Assembly (NCBI GenBank): GCA_039794845.1
Contig: JAUQVK010000039.1
Location: 1 to 15,700, forward strand
Direction of reading: 5' to 3'
Source: Thermostichus sp. DRC_bins_24
Lineage (GTDB): Bacteria > Cyanobacteriota > Cyanobacteriia > Thermostichales > Thermostichaceae
Length of the DNA stretch: 15,700 nucleotides
Shown in pieces: positions 8,268 through 15,700 of this stretch. How positions within the stretch are numbered: position 1 is the stretch's first letter; the number at the start of each line of letters is the position of its first letter. Under the pieces are notes generated by a model. That model was given only the letters and a program-made list of their open reading frames with translations, was not told the origin of the DNA and did no database searches. The position numbers were made by a program, and so were the translations under genes.

Positions 8268-10595
8268 TCAGGCGGGTTGGTCGGGTTGTTGGGCCTGGGT
8301 AAAGGTGTGGGCGAAGTAATTGGCGGTGCTGGGCCGGATCAGCCCTTGTTGAACGAGGGTTTCTCCCAAGCGCAGGCCACTTTGTCGATGGATTTGTAAC
8401 GCCCGTTGCAGCTCTTCGTCTGTGACCAATCCAGCTGCCCGAAGATATTCCCCTAAGCGCCGACAGCCGCTCAGCCGGGCCACATAACCTTCATCGCTGA
8501 AAAAGCGAATTGTGGCATCTTGCAACCCCAAATGGGTGGTCAAAATATCCGTCAACTTTCCCCCTTGGTGTTGCCACAGCTCCAGCACCTCTTGCACCTG
8601 CTGACGGGTGATCAGATCGGCTTTGCGCAACCGGATAAACAACTGTCGCACCCAAGGGGTAAGCACCTGGGATCCCGTTGCTGGGTCGGTTGGCATCGTG
8701 TCGTCGTCGGAGGGCTTGCTGGAGGGGTTTGTTCCATGGGTTGGGATCCTACGGGATAGCTCTTGTTGCCGTTCCAGCTGAGCCTGCAGTAAGCGGTTGC
8801 GCATTTGCTCGGCCTTGAGTTCCTGTTGTAGGGTTTCAAGGCTTTGGCGATAGGATTTCATCAACTGCCGGGCGTTGTGGAGCTGTTGAGCCAAGTGTTG
8901 CTGTTCTGAGAGGGTTGTCAGTTGTTTTTGTACGGCTGCCAACTCCTGGCTGAGACGAGCAGTGGTAGCTTGGGCCTGTTGCAGTTGCGCCTGTTGCTTT
9001 TGGGCCAGTTGTTGGTAATGCTGCTGCGAGGTTCGTGAACGCTGAAGGGCCTCCCCCAATTTGGCGATATGGGCTTTGGCCTGGTTGAGCTGTTGCACCA
9101 GGGGTTGCACCTGTTGGGTGAGGGCTTGGTAGCGCTGTTGTATGGGCTGCATCTGCTGCAGGGTTTGGCTGAGCTGCTGGAGCTGAGTGCGCAGATGTTC
9201 CACCTCTTGGCGGGCTTGCTGGGCCTGTTGGCTGGCCTGGTGCTGTTCTGCCAGTTGGGCTTGCAGATGGCTAATTTGCTCCTGATGTCGGGCGAGCAAA
9301 GCTTGCCGCTCTTGGGCGTGGGCCTCGGCCTGCTGAGCCAGGTTGGCTTCTAGCTCGTCAATGGTACGGTGCAGTTGCAGCACCAACAGTTCCTGCTGCC
9401 GAGCTTGCTGCTGCTGTTCGGCCAGGGCTGTCCGTTCTTTGTCCAGCTCCTGCCGCAACTGCACCAATTGGGCCTGCTGGGATCCCTGCTCTTGGGCGAG
9501 CGCTTGCCGCAGCTTGGTCTGCTGAGCTTCCAATTCCTGGATGCGCTGCTGATAGCTACTCACCAAAGCCGCATGAGCAGTGGCCTGCTGAGCTTGTTGA
9601 TCCAGCCGACTTTGCAGCTCCGCCTGTCGCTCTGCCAGCAGTTCTCGCAACTGAAACACCTGCAATTGATGGACTCGTACCAGCTCTGCCTCAGCTTCCG
9701 AGCGCTCCTGCTGCACCTGTTGCAGGCGGTTTTCCAGGGTTTGAATGCGTTCTTGATAGGCCCGCTGAAATTCCACCACCTGCTCATTCATGCGTTGAAT
9801 GGCGGCATCCCATTCCCGCTGTTGCATCTCCAGTTCCAGTTCGAGAGCAGCAACGCGGTTGCGATAGCCCGTCAACTGGGTGATGGGTGTGCCCGTTTCC
9901 AGCTCCACATCGGAAAAAGGGATCTCCGTAGGCTCGGGCATGATCTGCGGCTGGGCAGTGGGCACCAAGGCCCCCGGAGATCTCTGTTCGCCGTTGCCCT
10001 CCCTCACCAGCAACTCCGCCCGCTCGGATCCCTCCACCTGGGGGGCCCCGGCCAGATCCACCAGCTCCTCCAGGTCTTCGGCTTCGGCAGCTTCCGCTGG
10101 GTCGAGCCCTTCCGGCACAGCGTGGCTCAGGACCTGCCAAGCGTTTACCTCCGGCATCCGTCGCAGTTGTTCTTGCTCCGTCAGGATCTGCTCCAGCACA
10201 GTCGGTTGGATCCAGCCTTTCCAGACCAGGATTTCCCCCAGCTTGCGCCCATACCGCCGTTGTTGAGCCAGAGCAATGCGCAGTTGATCAAACTCGATGT
10301 AACCACGGGCCACCAAAATTTCCCCCAAACACAGGGATTGGCTAGAGGTGAATTGGTACAGTTGCTGAGGTGAAACCCACTGTTTCTCTAAGCAAAACTC
10401 ACCTATGCGCAGGTGGGTTTGTTGCTGTTCGCGCAGCGCCTGGGCCAATTGAGCCTTGGTTAGAAGTCCCGCCCGCAACAACTGCTGCCCCAACGGGATC
10501 GGCTCTTTGGACCGAAGAACCAGGGATCCGGTGAGGCTTGCCCCTAGCCCGGTCGTATCATTGGTGGGCTCAGGGAGAGGGGAAAAATCCGTCAT
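8268..10595 (-). CDS. Long Gln/Glu/Leu-rich coiled-coil protein with MshEN-like repeats at both termini, 775 aa
   Basis: Four 24-aa motifs at aa 34-141 and a pair starting at aa 713 (RLGEYLRAAGLVTDEELQRALQIH-RQSGL-RLGETLVQQGLI) fit the MshEN pattern. Central aa ~240-615 are heptad-like with almost no Pro or Gly. No TM helix or ATPase motif is visible. Confidence 0.85.
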   Translation of the reverse strand: MTDFSPLPEPTNDTTGLGASLTGSLVLRSKEPIPLGQQLLRAGLLTKAQLAQALREQQQTHLRIGEFCLEKQWVSPQQLYQFTSSQSLCLGEILVARGYIEFDQLRIALAQQRRYGRKLGEILVWKGWIQPTVLEQILTEQEQLRRMPEVNAWQVLSHAVPEGLDPAEAAEAEDLEELVDLAGAPQVEGSERAELLVREGNGEQRSPGALVPTAQPQIMPEPTEIPFSDVELETGTPITQLTGYRNRVAALELELEMQQREWDAAIQRMNEQVVEFQRAYQERIQTLENRLQQVQQERSEAEAELVRVHQLQVFQLRELLAERQAELQSRLDQQAQQATAHAALVSSYQQRIQELEAQQTKLRQALAQEQGSQQAQLVQLRQELDKERTALAEQQQQARQQELLVLQLHRTIDELEANLAQQAEAHAQERQALLARHQEQISHLQAQLAEQHQASQQAQQARQEVEHLRTQLQQLSQTLQQMQPIQQRYQALTQQVQPLVQQLNQAKAHIAKLGEALQRSRTSQQHYQQLAQKQQAQLQQAQATTARLSQELAAVQKQLTTLSEQQHLAQQLHNARQLMKSYRQSLETLQQELKAEQMRNRLLQAQLERQQELSRRIPTHGTNPSSKPSDDDTMPTDPATGSQVLTPWVRQLFIRLRKADLITRQQVQEVLELWQHQGGKLTDILTTHLGLQDATIRFFSDEGYVARLSGCRRLGEYLRAAGLVTDEELQRALQIHRQSGLRLGETLVQQGLIRPSTANYFAHTFTQAQQPDQPA

Positions 10596-10641
10596 GGAAA
10601 CTCAATTCCTGTGAAGGAGCTGGGGGCGGTGGGCTAGCCAG

Positions 10642-10705
10642 ATTATAGATCAAGCTTTTCGAAATACTGGTATTTTTGCGGTTGCTTAATTGCAAATTAT
10701 ATACT
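10642..10705. promoter_or_regulatory. Probable divergent promoters (coiled-coil gene / murE)
   Basis: AT-rich intergenic region. TATAAT on the minus strand at 10647-10642, and TTGCGG-N18-TATACT (10676-10705) on the plus strand. Motif match only. Confidence 0.45.
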
Positions 10706-10799
10706 TCGCTGGGGTTATTGCACGGACATCAAACTACCCCTAGTCAGGTGTGTCACTCAAGAGATAGCGTAGGCTCTAGGGCTGTGGGAGCTAGGGGTG

Positions 10800-12326
10800 A
10801 TGGAGGCAGTTGGCATCGATCTTCAGGATTTATTCAAGCAGGCCGGGTTCCAACCGGAGTTGGCCCAGGGATCCCTGCCGGGGGTGCGGGTGCAGGGATT
10901 GTGTACCGATTCTCGCCAGGTGAAGGCGGGAGATCTGTTTTTGGGGGTACCGGGCACCCAGGTGGATGGGGGCCGGTTTGTCGGCGATGCTTTGGCGGCG
11001 GGGGCAGGGGCTGCCCTCATTTCCCGGGAAGCTTGGGGGACTTTGTCCTTCCAAAAATCTTTGTCGCAACCGATCCTGCTCCTGCCCAGTGCAGTACTCT
11101 CCAAGGCCATTGCTCAGGTGGCCGCCGCTTTTTATGGCTTTCCCGGTCGCCATCTGTCTCTGGTGGGGGTCACGGGCACCAACGGCAAAACCACCACCAC
11201 CCATTTGATCGAGTATCTGTTACAGGCAGCCGGCCGGCCCACCGCCCTCCTGGGCACCCTCTACAATCGCTGGCCCGGCCATAGCCAGATTGCCCCCCAC
11301 ACCACCCTTTTCCCCATTGACCTGCACCGCAGCTTCAAAGAGGCTCTTTCCGCAGGAGCCCAGATTGCCGTGATGGAGGTAAGTTCCCATGCCCTAGCCC
11401 AAGATCGGGTGTGGGGGTGTCCCTTTCAGGCCGCCGTCTGGACCAACCTCACCCAGGATCATCTGGATTTTCACCCGACGATGGAGCACTACTGGCAGGC
11501 CAAGGCCACCCTGTTTGGGCCGGAGTACCTGCAGGGGCGGGCCCTGATCAACCGAGACGATGCCGGGGGGGAGCGCCTTTTGGCATCTGGGGCGGGTCGC
11601 TCTGAACTCCAGCCTTGGGCCTATTCTTTGCGGCCTCTGACGGAAATTCCGGGGTTGTGGCCCACCGATGTGGAACTGCACGCCACCGGGTTACGCACCC
11701 AGCTACACACTCCCGTCGGTGCTTTTGGGGTGGAAGCGCCCCTGGTGGGATCCTTTAATCTTTCCAACCTATTGGCAGCCGTAGGAGTGGCCCTGCATTT
11801 GGGCCTCGATCCCGACCAGATCCAAGCGGCTTTGCCGCAGTTTCCGGGGGTGCCGGGACGGGTGGAACGGGTGACGGTGCCCGGTCAAGACATCACCGTG
11901 ATTGTGGACTATGCCCATACCCCCGACGGCCTGGATAACCTGTTGCGGGCCGTTCGGCCCCAAGTCCAAGGGCAGTTGATCTGCGTGTTTGGCTGTGGTG
12001 GGGATCGGGATCGGGGCAAACGACCGCAAATGGGCCGCATTGCCGCCGCATGGGCGGATCAAGTCATTGTTACCTCCGATAACCCGCGCACCGAAGACCC
12101 GCAGCGGATTTTGACGGATATTGTGGCCGGGATCCCGGGATCCCCTCAGTTGGTTGAGGTGGATCGCCGTCAAGCCATCCAACATGCCATTCTCACCGCT
12201 AGGCCCGGAGATACCGTGGTGATTGCCGGCAAAGGCCATGAAGACTACCAAATCCTCGGCACCCAAAAGATTCATTTTGATGACCGCGAAGAAGCCCGTC
12301 ATGCGCTGGCCCAACGATCGGTCTAA
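10800..12326 (+). CDS. murE: UDP-N-acetylmuramoyl-L-alanyl-D-glutamate--2,6-diaminopimelate ligase
   Basis: Motifs DSRQV, P-loop [48 protein letters not shown] (meso-DAP specificity) and AGKGHE. Start is GTG 10797 or ATG 10800. Confidence 0.97.
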   Translation: MEAVGIDLQDLFKQAGFQPELAQGSLPGVRVQGLCTDSRQVKAGDLFLGVPGTQVDGGRFVGDALAAGAGAALISREAWGTLSFQKSLSQPILLLPSAVLSKAIAQVAAAFYGFPGRHLSLVGVTGTNGKTTTTHLIEYLLQAAGRPTALLGTLYNRWPGHSQIAPHTTLFPIDLHRSFKEALSAGAQIAVMEVSSHALAQDRVWGCPFQAAVWTNLTQDHLDFHPTMEHYWQAKATLFGPEYLQGRALINRDDAGGERLLASGAGRSELQPWAYSLRPLTEIPGLWPTDVELHATGLRTQLHTPVGAFGVEAPLVGSFNLSNLLAAVGVALHLGLDPDQIQAALPQFPGVPGRVERVTVPGQDITVIVDYAHTPDGLDNLLRAVRPQVQGQLICVFGCGGDRDRGKRPQMGRIAAAWADQVIVTSDNPRTEDPQRILTDIVAGIPGSPQLVEVDRRQAIQHAILTARPGDTVVIAGKGHEDYQILGTQKIHFDDREEARHALAQRSV

Positions 12327-13528
12327 ACGGATCCCTGCGCCCGCCTCTCCACCATTAACCGCACAAACTCCTGAAACAGATAATCGGCATCATGAGGGCC
12401 GGGGCTAGCCTCCGGGTGATACTGCACCGAAAAGAGGGGCAACTGCCGATGGCGGATCCCGGCCACGGTGCGGTCATTTAAGTTCAAATGGCTGATCGTC
12501 GCCAACTCGGTGGGAATGGACGCGGCATCCACCGCAAACCCGTGATTTTGGCTGGTGATCTCCACCTGCTGCTCCAACCCGCAGGGATGGTTCAGCCCGC
12601 GATGGCCAAACTTGAGCTTAAAGGTGGATCCCCCCAAGGCCAGATTGAGAATCTGATGGCCCAGACAAATGCCAAACAACGGCTTCTGGGTTTGCAAAAG
12701 GGCCTGAGCTGTGCGAATGGCTTGGGTCTCGGCGGCGGGATCCCCTGGCCCGTTGGAGAGAAACACCCCATCCGGCTCATAGCTGAGCACCTGCTCAGGG
12801 GTGGCATCCGCCGGCAACACCATCACCCGACAGCCGTAGCGGGTCAAGCGCCGCAAAATATTGCGTTTAATGCCGAAATCAAGGGCCACCACCCGTAGGG
12901 GCGGATCTGGGAGCGGGATCCCTTGGCTTTGCCCGTAATCCCAGTCGGCAGGAGTGGGATCCAGCCACTCGTAGGGCTGAGGGGTGGTGACCTCCGCCAC
13001 CAGGCTTAACCCTTGCATGGAAGGTGCAGCTCGCACCTGCTCTAGCAACGCCTGCGGATCCAAGATCTCGGTGGAAATCGCCCCATTCATCACCCCTTGG
13101 GTGCGCAGCCGTCGGGCTAGGGCGCGGGTATCGATGCCCGCAATTCCCGGGATCCCGTGGTGTTGCAGGTACTCCGGCAGGCTACGGGTAGCACGCCAGG
13201 AACTCACCGCTCGGGACAGGTTACGAGCGATCACCCCCTTGGCCTGAGGAGCTGCCGATTCTTCGTCGAGGTTATTAACCCCCGTATTCCCCAGTTCCGG
13301 GCAAGTAAAGGTGATCAGCTGCCCCCGGTAGCTGGGATCCGTAATCACCTCTTGGTAGCCAGTCATGCCGGTGTTGAAGACCACCTCGCCAATAGCGGTG
13401 CCCAATGCCCCGAAAGACCAGCCCGAGAAGGCGGTGCCGTCGGCCAGTACCAGCAGGGCAGGTTGCTGAGTTTGCCAGGGAAATGTTTTGAGACCCTTTT
13501 CTTGCCCAAGCCCCAAGGAACCAGTCAT
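12323..13528 (-). CDS. carA: Carbamoyl-phosphate synthase small (glutaminase) subunit
   Basis: Motifs [37 protein letters not shown], catalytic [17 protein letters not shown] and [12 protein letters not shown]. Confidence 0.98.
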   Translation of the reverse strand: MTGSLGLGQEKGLKTFPWQTQQPALLVLADGTAFSGWSFGALGTAIGEVVFNTGMTGYQEVITDPSYRGQLITFTCPELGNTGVNNLDEESAAPQAKGVIARNLSRAVSSWRATRSLPEYLQHHGIPGIAGIDTRALARRLRTQGVMNGAISTEILDPQALLEQVRAAPSMQGLSLVAEVTTPQPYEWLDPTPADWDYGQSQGIPLPDPPLRVVALDFGIKRNILRRLTRYGCRVMVLPADATPEQVLSYEPDGVFLSNGPGDPAAETQAIRTAQALLQTQKPLFGICLGHQILNLALGGSTFKLKFGHRGLNHPCGLEQQVEITSQNHGFAVDAASIPTELATISHLNLNDRTVAGIRHRQLPLFSVQYHPEASPGPHDADYLFQEFVRLMVERRAQGSV

Positions 13529-13594
13529 GCAGTATCCGAATGAGTGTTTATGTGCTGCTGCCCGACCATATTACCCCTCGGAGCAGATCAACAA

Positions 13595-14143
13595 CTAGCT
13601 AGCCTCTTCATCGTCCACTGCGCTAGCACAGGCTGGGTTGTTGTCTTTACGAATGGTTCCAAGCAGGGTGCTGACCACAACACAACGATTTTCCCCTTGC
13701 GAGTAGGTGCTGCTCACAACAAAGCGACCCAAGAAACGAGCCCTACCCTCAGAGTCAAAAACAGCTCTTCCACCGGTGAAATTATTAGTTACTGTCACAT
13801 AGTTGTTGAGACGAACTCGCTGACAAGAGACAGGTTCATCACAAAGGGCATCCTCATCTTCAATAACAAGGGTCGGTACATTTGGATCGCTATTGTCAAC
13901 TGCAACAACCCAAGCTCTACCTTGCAAGGATGCTCTTGAATTTGTACGAGCAGTGCGCAAGGCCCGCTCGACCCGATTCTGAGCATCATCCAGCTGGATC
14001 CGTGCCCAGATGTTGATCCCGGAAGGAACCGCGATCGCAGCCAAAATGCCAACAATAACAATGACGGCCAAAACTTCGGTGAGAGTGAAGCCTTTCGCTT
14101 GAGCGGTTCTACTCAGGCCAGGCATCTTGACAGGTGCAAACAT
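13595..14143 (-). CDS. Type IV minor pilin/pseudopilin, FimT/GspH-like (HpsD-like position)
   Basis: Prepilin cleavage motif KG|FTLTE followed by hydrophobic VLAVIVIVGILAAIAVPS, and a C-terminal RCVVVSTLLG. ATG at 14143 lies 9 nt from AGGAG. Confidence 0.85.
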   Translation of the reverse strand: MFAPVKMPGLSRTAQAKGFTLTEVLAVIVIVGILAAIAVPSGINIWARIQLDDAQNRVERALRTARTNSRASLQGRAWVVAVDNSDPNVPTLVIEDEDALCDEPVSCQRVRLNNYVTVTNNFTGGRAVFDSEGRARFLGRFVVSSTYSQGENRCVVVSTLLGTIRKDNNPACASAVDDEEAS

Positions 14144-14177
14144 TAGCACTTTCTCCTATCGCTCTTGATCGAGCAGC

Positions 14178-15296
14178 TCAGGCTTGGCGATTAAACACAC
14201 CCCGAGCTAGAACTCGAGTTTGCATGGTTGTCAGGTATCGAGAAACCTGCTCTGCACTAACGCTCCCCGCATTTTGGATATAGCGTCTGAATAAGCCCGG
14301 GTTTGAGCGCTCCATTGCTGTTGCGGTGATGTTGATGATCACGTCCTGAGGCAAGTTGGCAGTGGCACTCCGACGCACACAGACATAAAAACCGACATCG
14401 TTTTGATGGGTGTCGAGCCCACTAAAGGTTACTCCTGCAGGCTTGCCTCCTCCAAACACATAACCCTGAGGGCAATCCGGAGCAACCTGTGAACTTCCCT
14501 GGCGACTACTGAAAATACTCGATACCAAGGGACGTGGTACACCACCAGTTGTGCCCGTTTGAGTGGCAACTGGTAATTGGGCAGCTGGATTTCGAGGCCA
14601 AGCCAAAAAACCCGCCAGAAAAGGATCTGGATCTTCTACAAAGAATGGGCTACGAGCAGTGCAGCCTGAGTTAAAAGGCTGGAGCTCAAATCGAGTAATG
14701 CGAGCATTGCCCTCCCAAGGAGTGGTGGAATCATCGGCTAAGTTGCCCGCATTGTTGTAGTTGCGTCGCAGGTAATAAGCTACCAAGGTGTACACGTTGC
14801 GGCGGCGCCGAATATTTTCCCAATCACCTAAATTGTTTGGAAGAAATCCAGCGGGCGGCTCATCGGGCAAAATTGCCCGCCCCTCTCTAATTTCCTGTAG
14901 CGAAGGGTTCCCTGCATAGCACGCACGAGGGATAGGGCTCAGCCGCCAAAAGGCAACAACCGGTATGCTACCGTCTGGACGCCTTATCCAGCCTGGATTA
15001 TAAAGATTCTCGATTAAATCCGGGATCCCGTCCCCATTGGGTTGTTCGGCATCGTTGTAAATATAAAGTGCTTCAGCCAAATCCTGCTGGATATACTGCA
15101 TGGCTTGGGTGAGCTCAGCTTGAATTTGCGTGCGCCCTGTTTCTTCGCGATCCACCCGCATGGTTTGAATAACGATGCTGCCAGTTGCCAGAAGAAATAT
15201 CGAGGCCATCAAAGCCGCAACAAGCAACTCAATTAGGGTAAATCCCCAAACTTTTTTCTTTTGTCGGAGAATGGAGTTAGGCATAAGGGGGATCAT
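14178..15296 (-). CDS. Type IV minor pilin/pseudopilin, PilW-like (resembles cyanobacterial HpsC family)
   Basis: Basic leader RQKKK, then WG|FTLIELLVA. Blocks AMQYIQQDLAEALYIY, PVVAFW, YTLVAYYL, ARITRF and GFYVCV resemble HpsC-type proteins as I recall them; no search was run. Start is 15296 or 15284. Confidence 0.8.
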   Translation of the reverse strand: MIPLMPNSILRQKKKVWGFTLIELLVAALMASIFLLATGSIVIQTMRVDREETGRTQIQAELTQAMQYIQQDLAEALYIYNDAEQPNGDGIPDLIENLYNPGWIRRPDGSIPVVAFWRLSPIPRACYAGNPSLQEIREGRAILPDEPPAGFLPNNLGDWENIRRRRNVYTLVAYYLRRNYNNAGNLADDSTTPWEGNARITRFELQPFNSGCTARSPFFVEDPDPFLAGFLAWPRNPAAQLPVATQTGTTGGVPRPLVSSIFSSRQGSSQVAPDCPQGYVFGGGKPAGVTFSGLDTHQNDVGFYVCVRRSATANLPQDVIINITATAMERSNPGLFRRYIQNAGSVSAEQVSRYLTTMQTRVLARGVFNRQA

Positions 15297-15333
15297 CAAA
15301 AAGAGAAGATGGGTTGATTATGCAAAAGCTGGC

Positions 15334-15700
15334 TCAAGGAGAAGGCAATGGAAAAGCATCACAATCATTGGTTGGGTTGGCAGTGGTGGCCAGTATTCCC
15401 CGACAAACATCACCCAAGTCGGCTGCTAAATTGATCTCAACAATTGAGCTTGCCATAGGGTATAGCCATACATCTGCATTGGCTAGGTTTTGGTTGGCAG
15501 AAACGGTTTCTGTTCTCAAACCAGGAAGAGCCTGACGACTCCCTTGATCAAATGAGAAACGATGATAAACTCGCACCCCCATCAAGAAGGTGCAAGGAAC
15601 TCCAACGATTACCGTGTTATCTCGGCGGTTAACACAATCTGATCCACGGTTACGGAAACTTTGGATGACGTACTCTTCGGGATTACGACCCGGCAACTGA
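15334..15700 (-). CDS. C-terminal part of a probable minor pilin (PilV/HpsB-like); 5' end lies outside the window
   Basis: The frame stays open to the window edge (...QLPGRNPEEYVIQSFR). Blocks YVIQSFR and MGVRVY and several Cys are present. It sits on the same strand, 37 bp upstream of the PilW-like gene. The prepilin motif is not visible. Confidence 0.55.
   Translation of the reverse strand, partial: QLPGRNPEEYVIQSFRNRGSDCVNRRDNTVIVGVPCTFLMGVRVYHRFSFDQGSRQALPGLRTETVSANQNLANADVWLYPMASSIVEINLAADLGDVCRGILATTANPTNDCDAFPLPSP

Larger units (their letters stand above)
1132..15029. repeat. Dispersed highly iterated palindrome GGGATCCC (HIP1 variant), about 20 copies
   Basis: Counted by eye at 1132, 1164, 2666, 3282, 4514, 4661, 5070, 6156, 6394, 7695, 8133, 8669, 9479, 10868, 12129, 12137, 12737, 12915, 13149 and 15022. 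Fewer than one copy is expected by chance. Confidence 0.9.

Noticed and set aside
9369..10373. 334-aa Leu-rich ORF on the + strand
   Set aside because: Antisense shadow of the Gln-rich coiled-coil gene (CAG/CAA read as CTG/TTG), with no independent features.
13544..13939. 131-aa + strand ORF and other small nested ORFs in the track
   Set aside because: Antisense or alternative frames of well-supported genes, with no recognisable motifs.

Overview
A cyanobacterial chromosomal window, roughly 60% GC in sampled core-gene lines. About 20 copies of the palindrome GGGATCCC suggest the hot-spring Thermostichus / Synechococcus OS-A/OS-B' lineage (inference). In order: an unassigned ~150-nt structured RNA-like element (141-287); gifB (GS inactivating factor IF17) on the minus strand with an NtcA box over its -10, a glutamine riboswitch, an anti-SD helix and an intrinsic terminator; a Kef-type CPA2 antiporter; pgk; an Lnt-family acyltransferase; tRNA-Thr(CGT); an MdlA/MsbA-like ABC exporter; a 775-aa coiled-coil protein with MshEN-like (c-di-GMP-binding type) repeats at both ends; murE; carA; and a lower-GC cluster of three minor-pilin/pseudopilin genes (hpsB/C/D-like) running off the window end. 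No mobile element or CRISPR array is evident. The best novelty candidates are the double-ended MshEN coiled-coil protein and the unassigned structured RNA.
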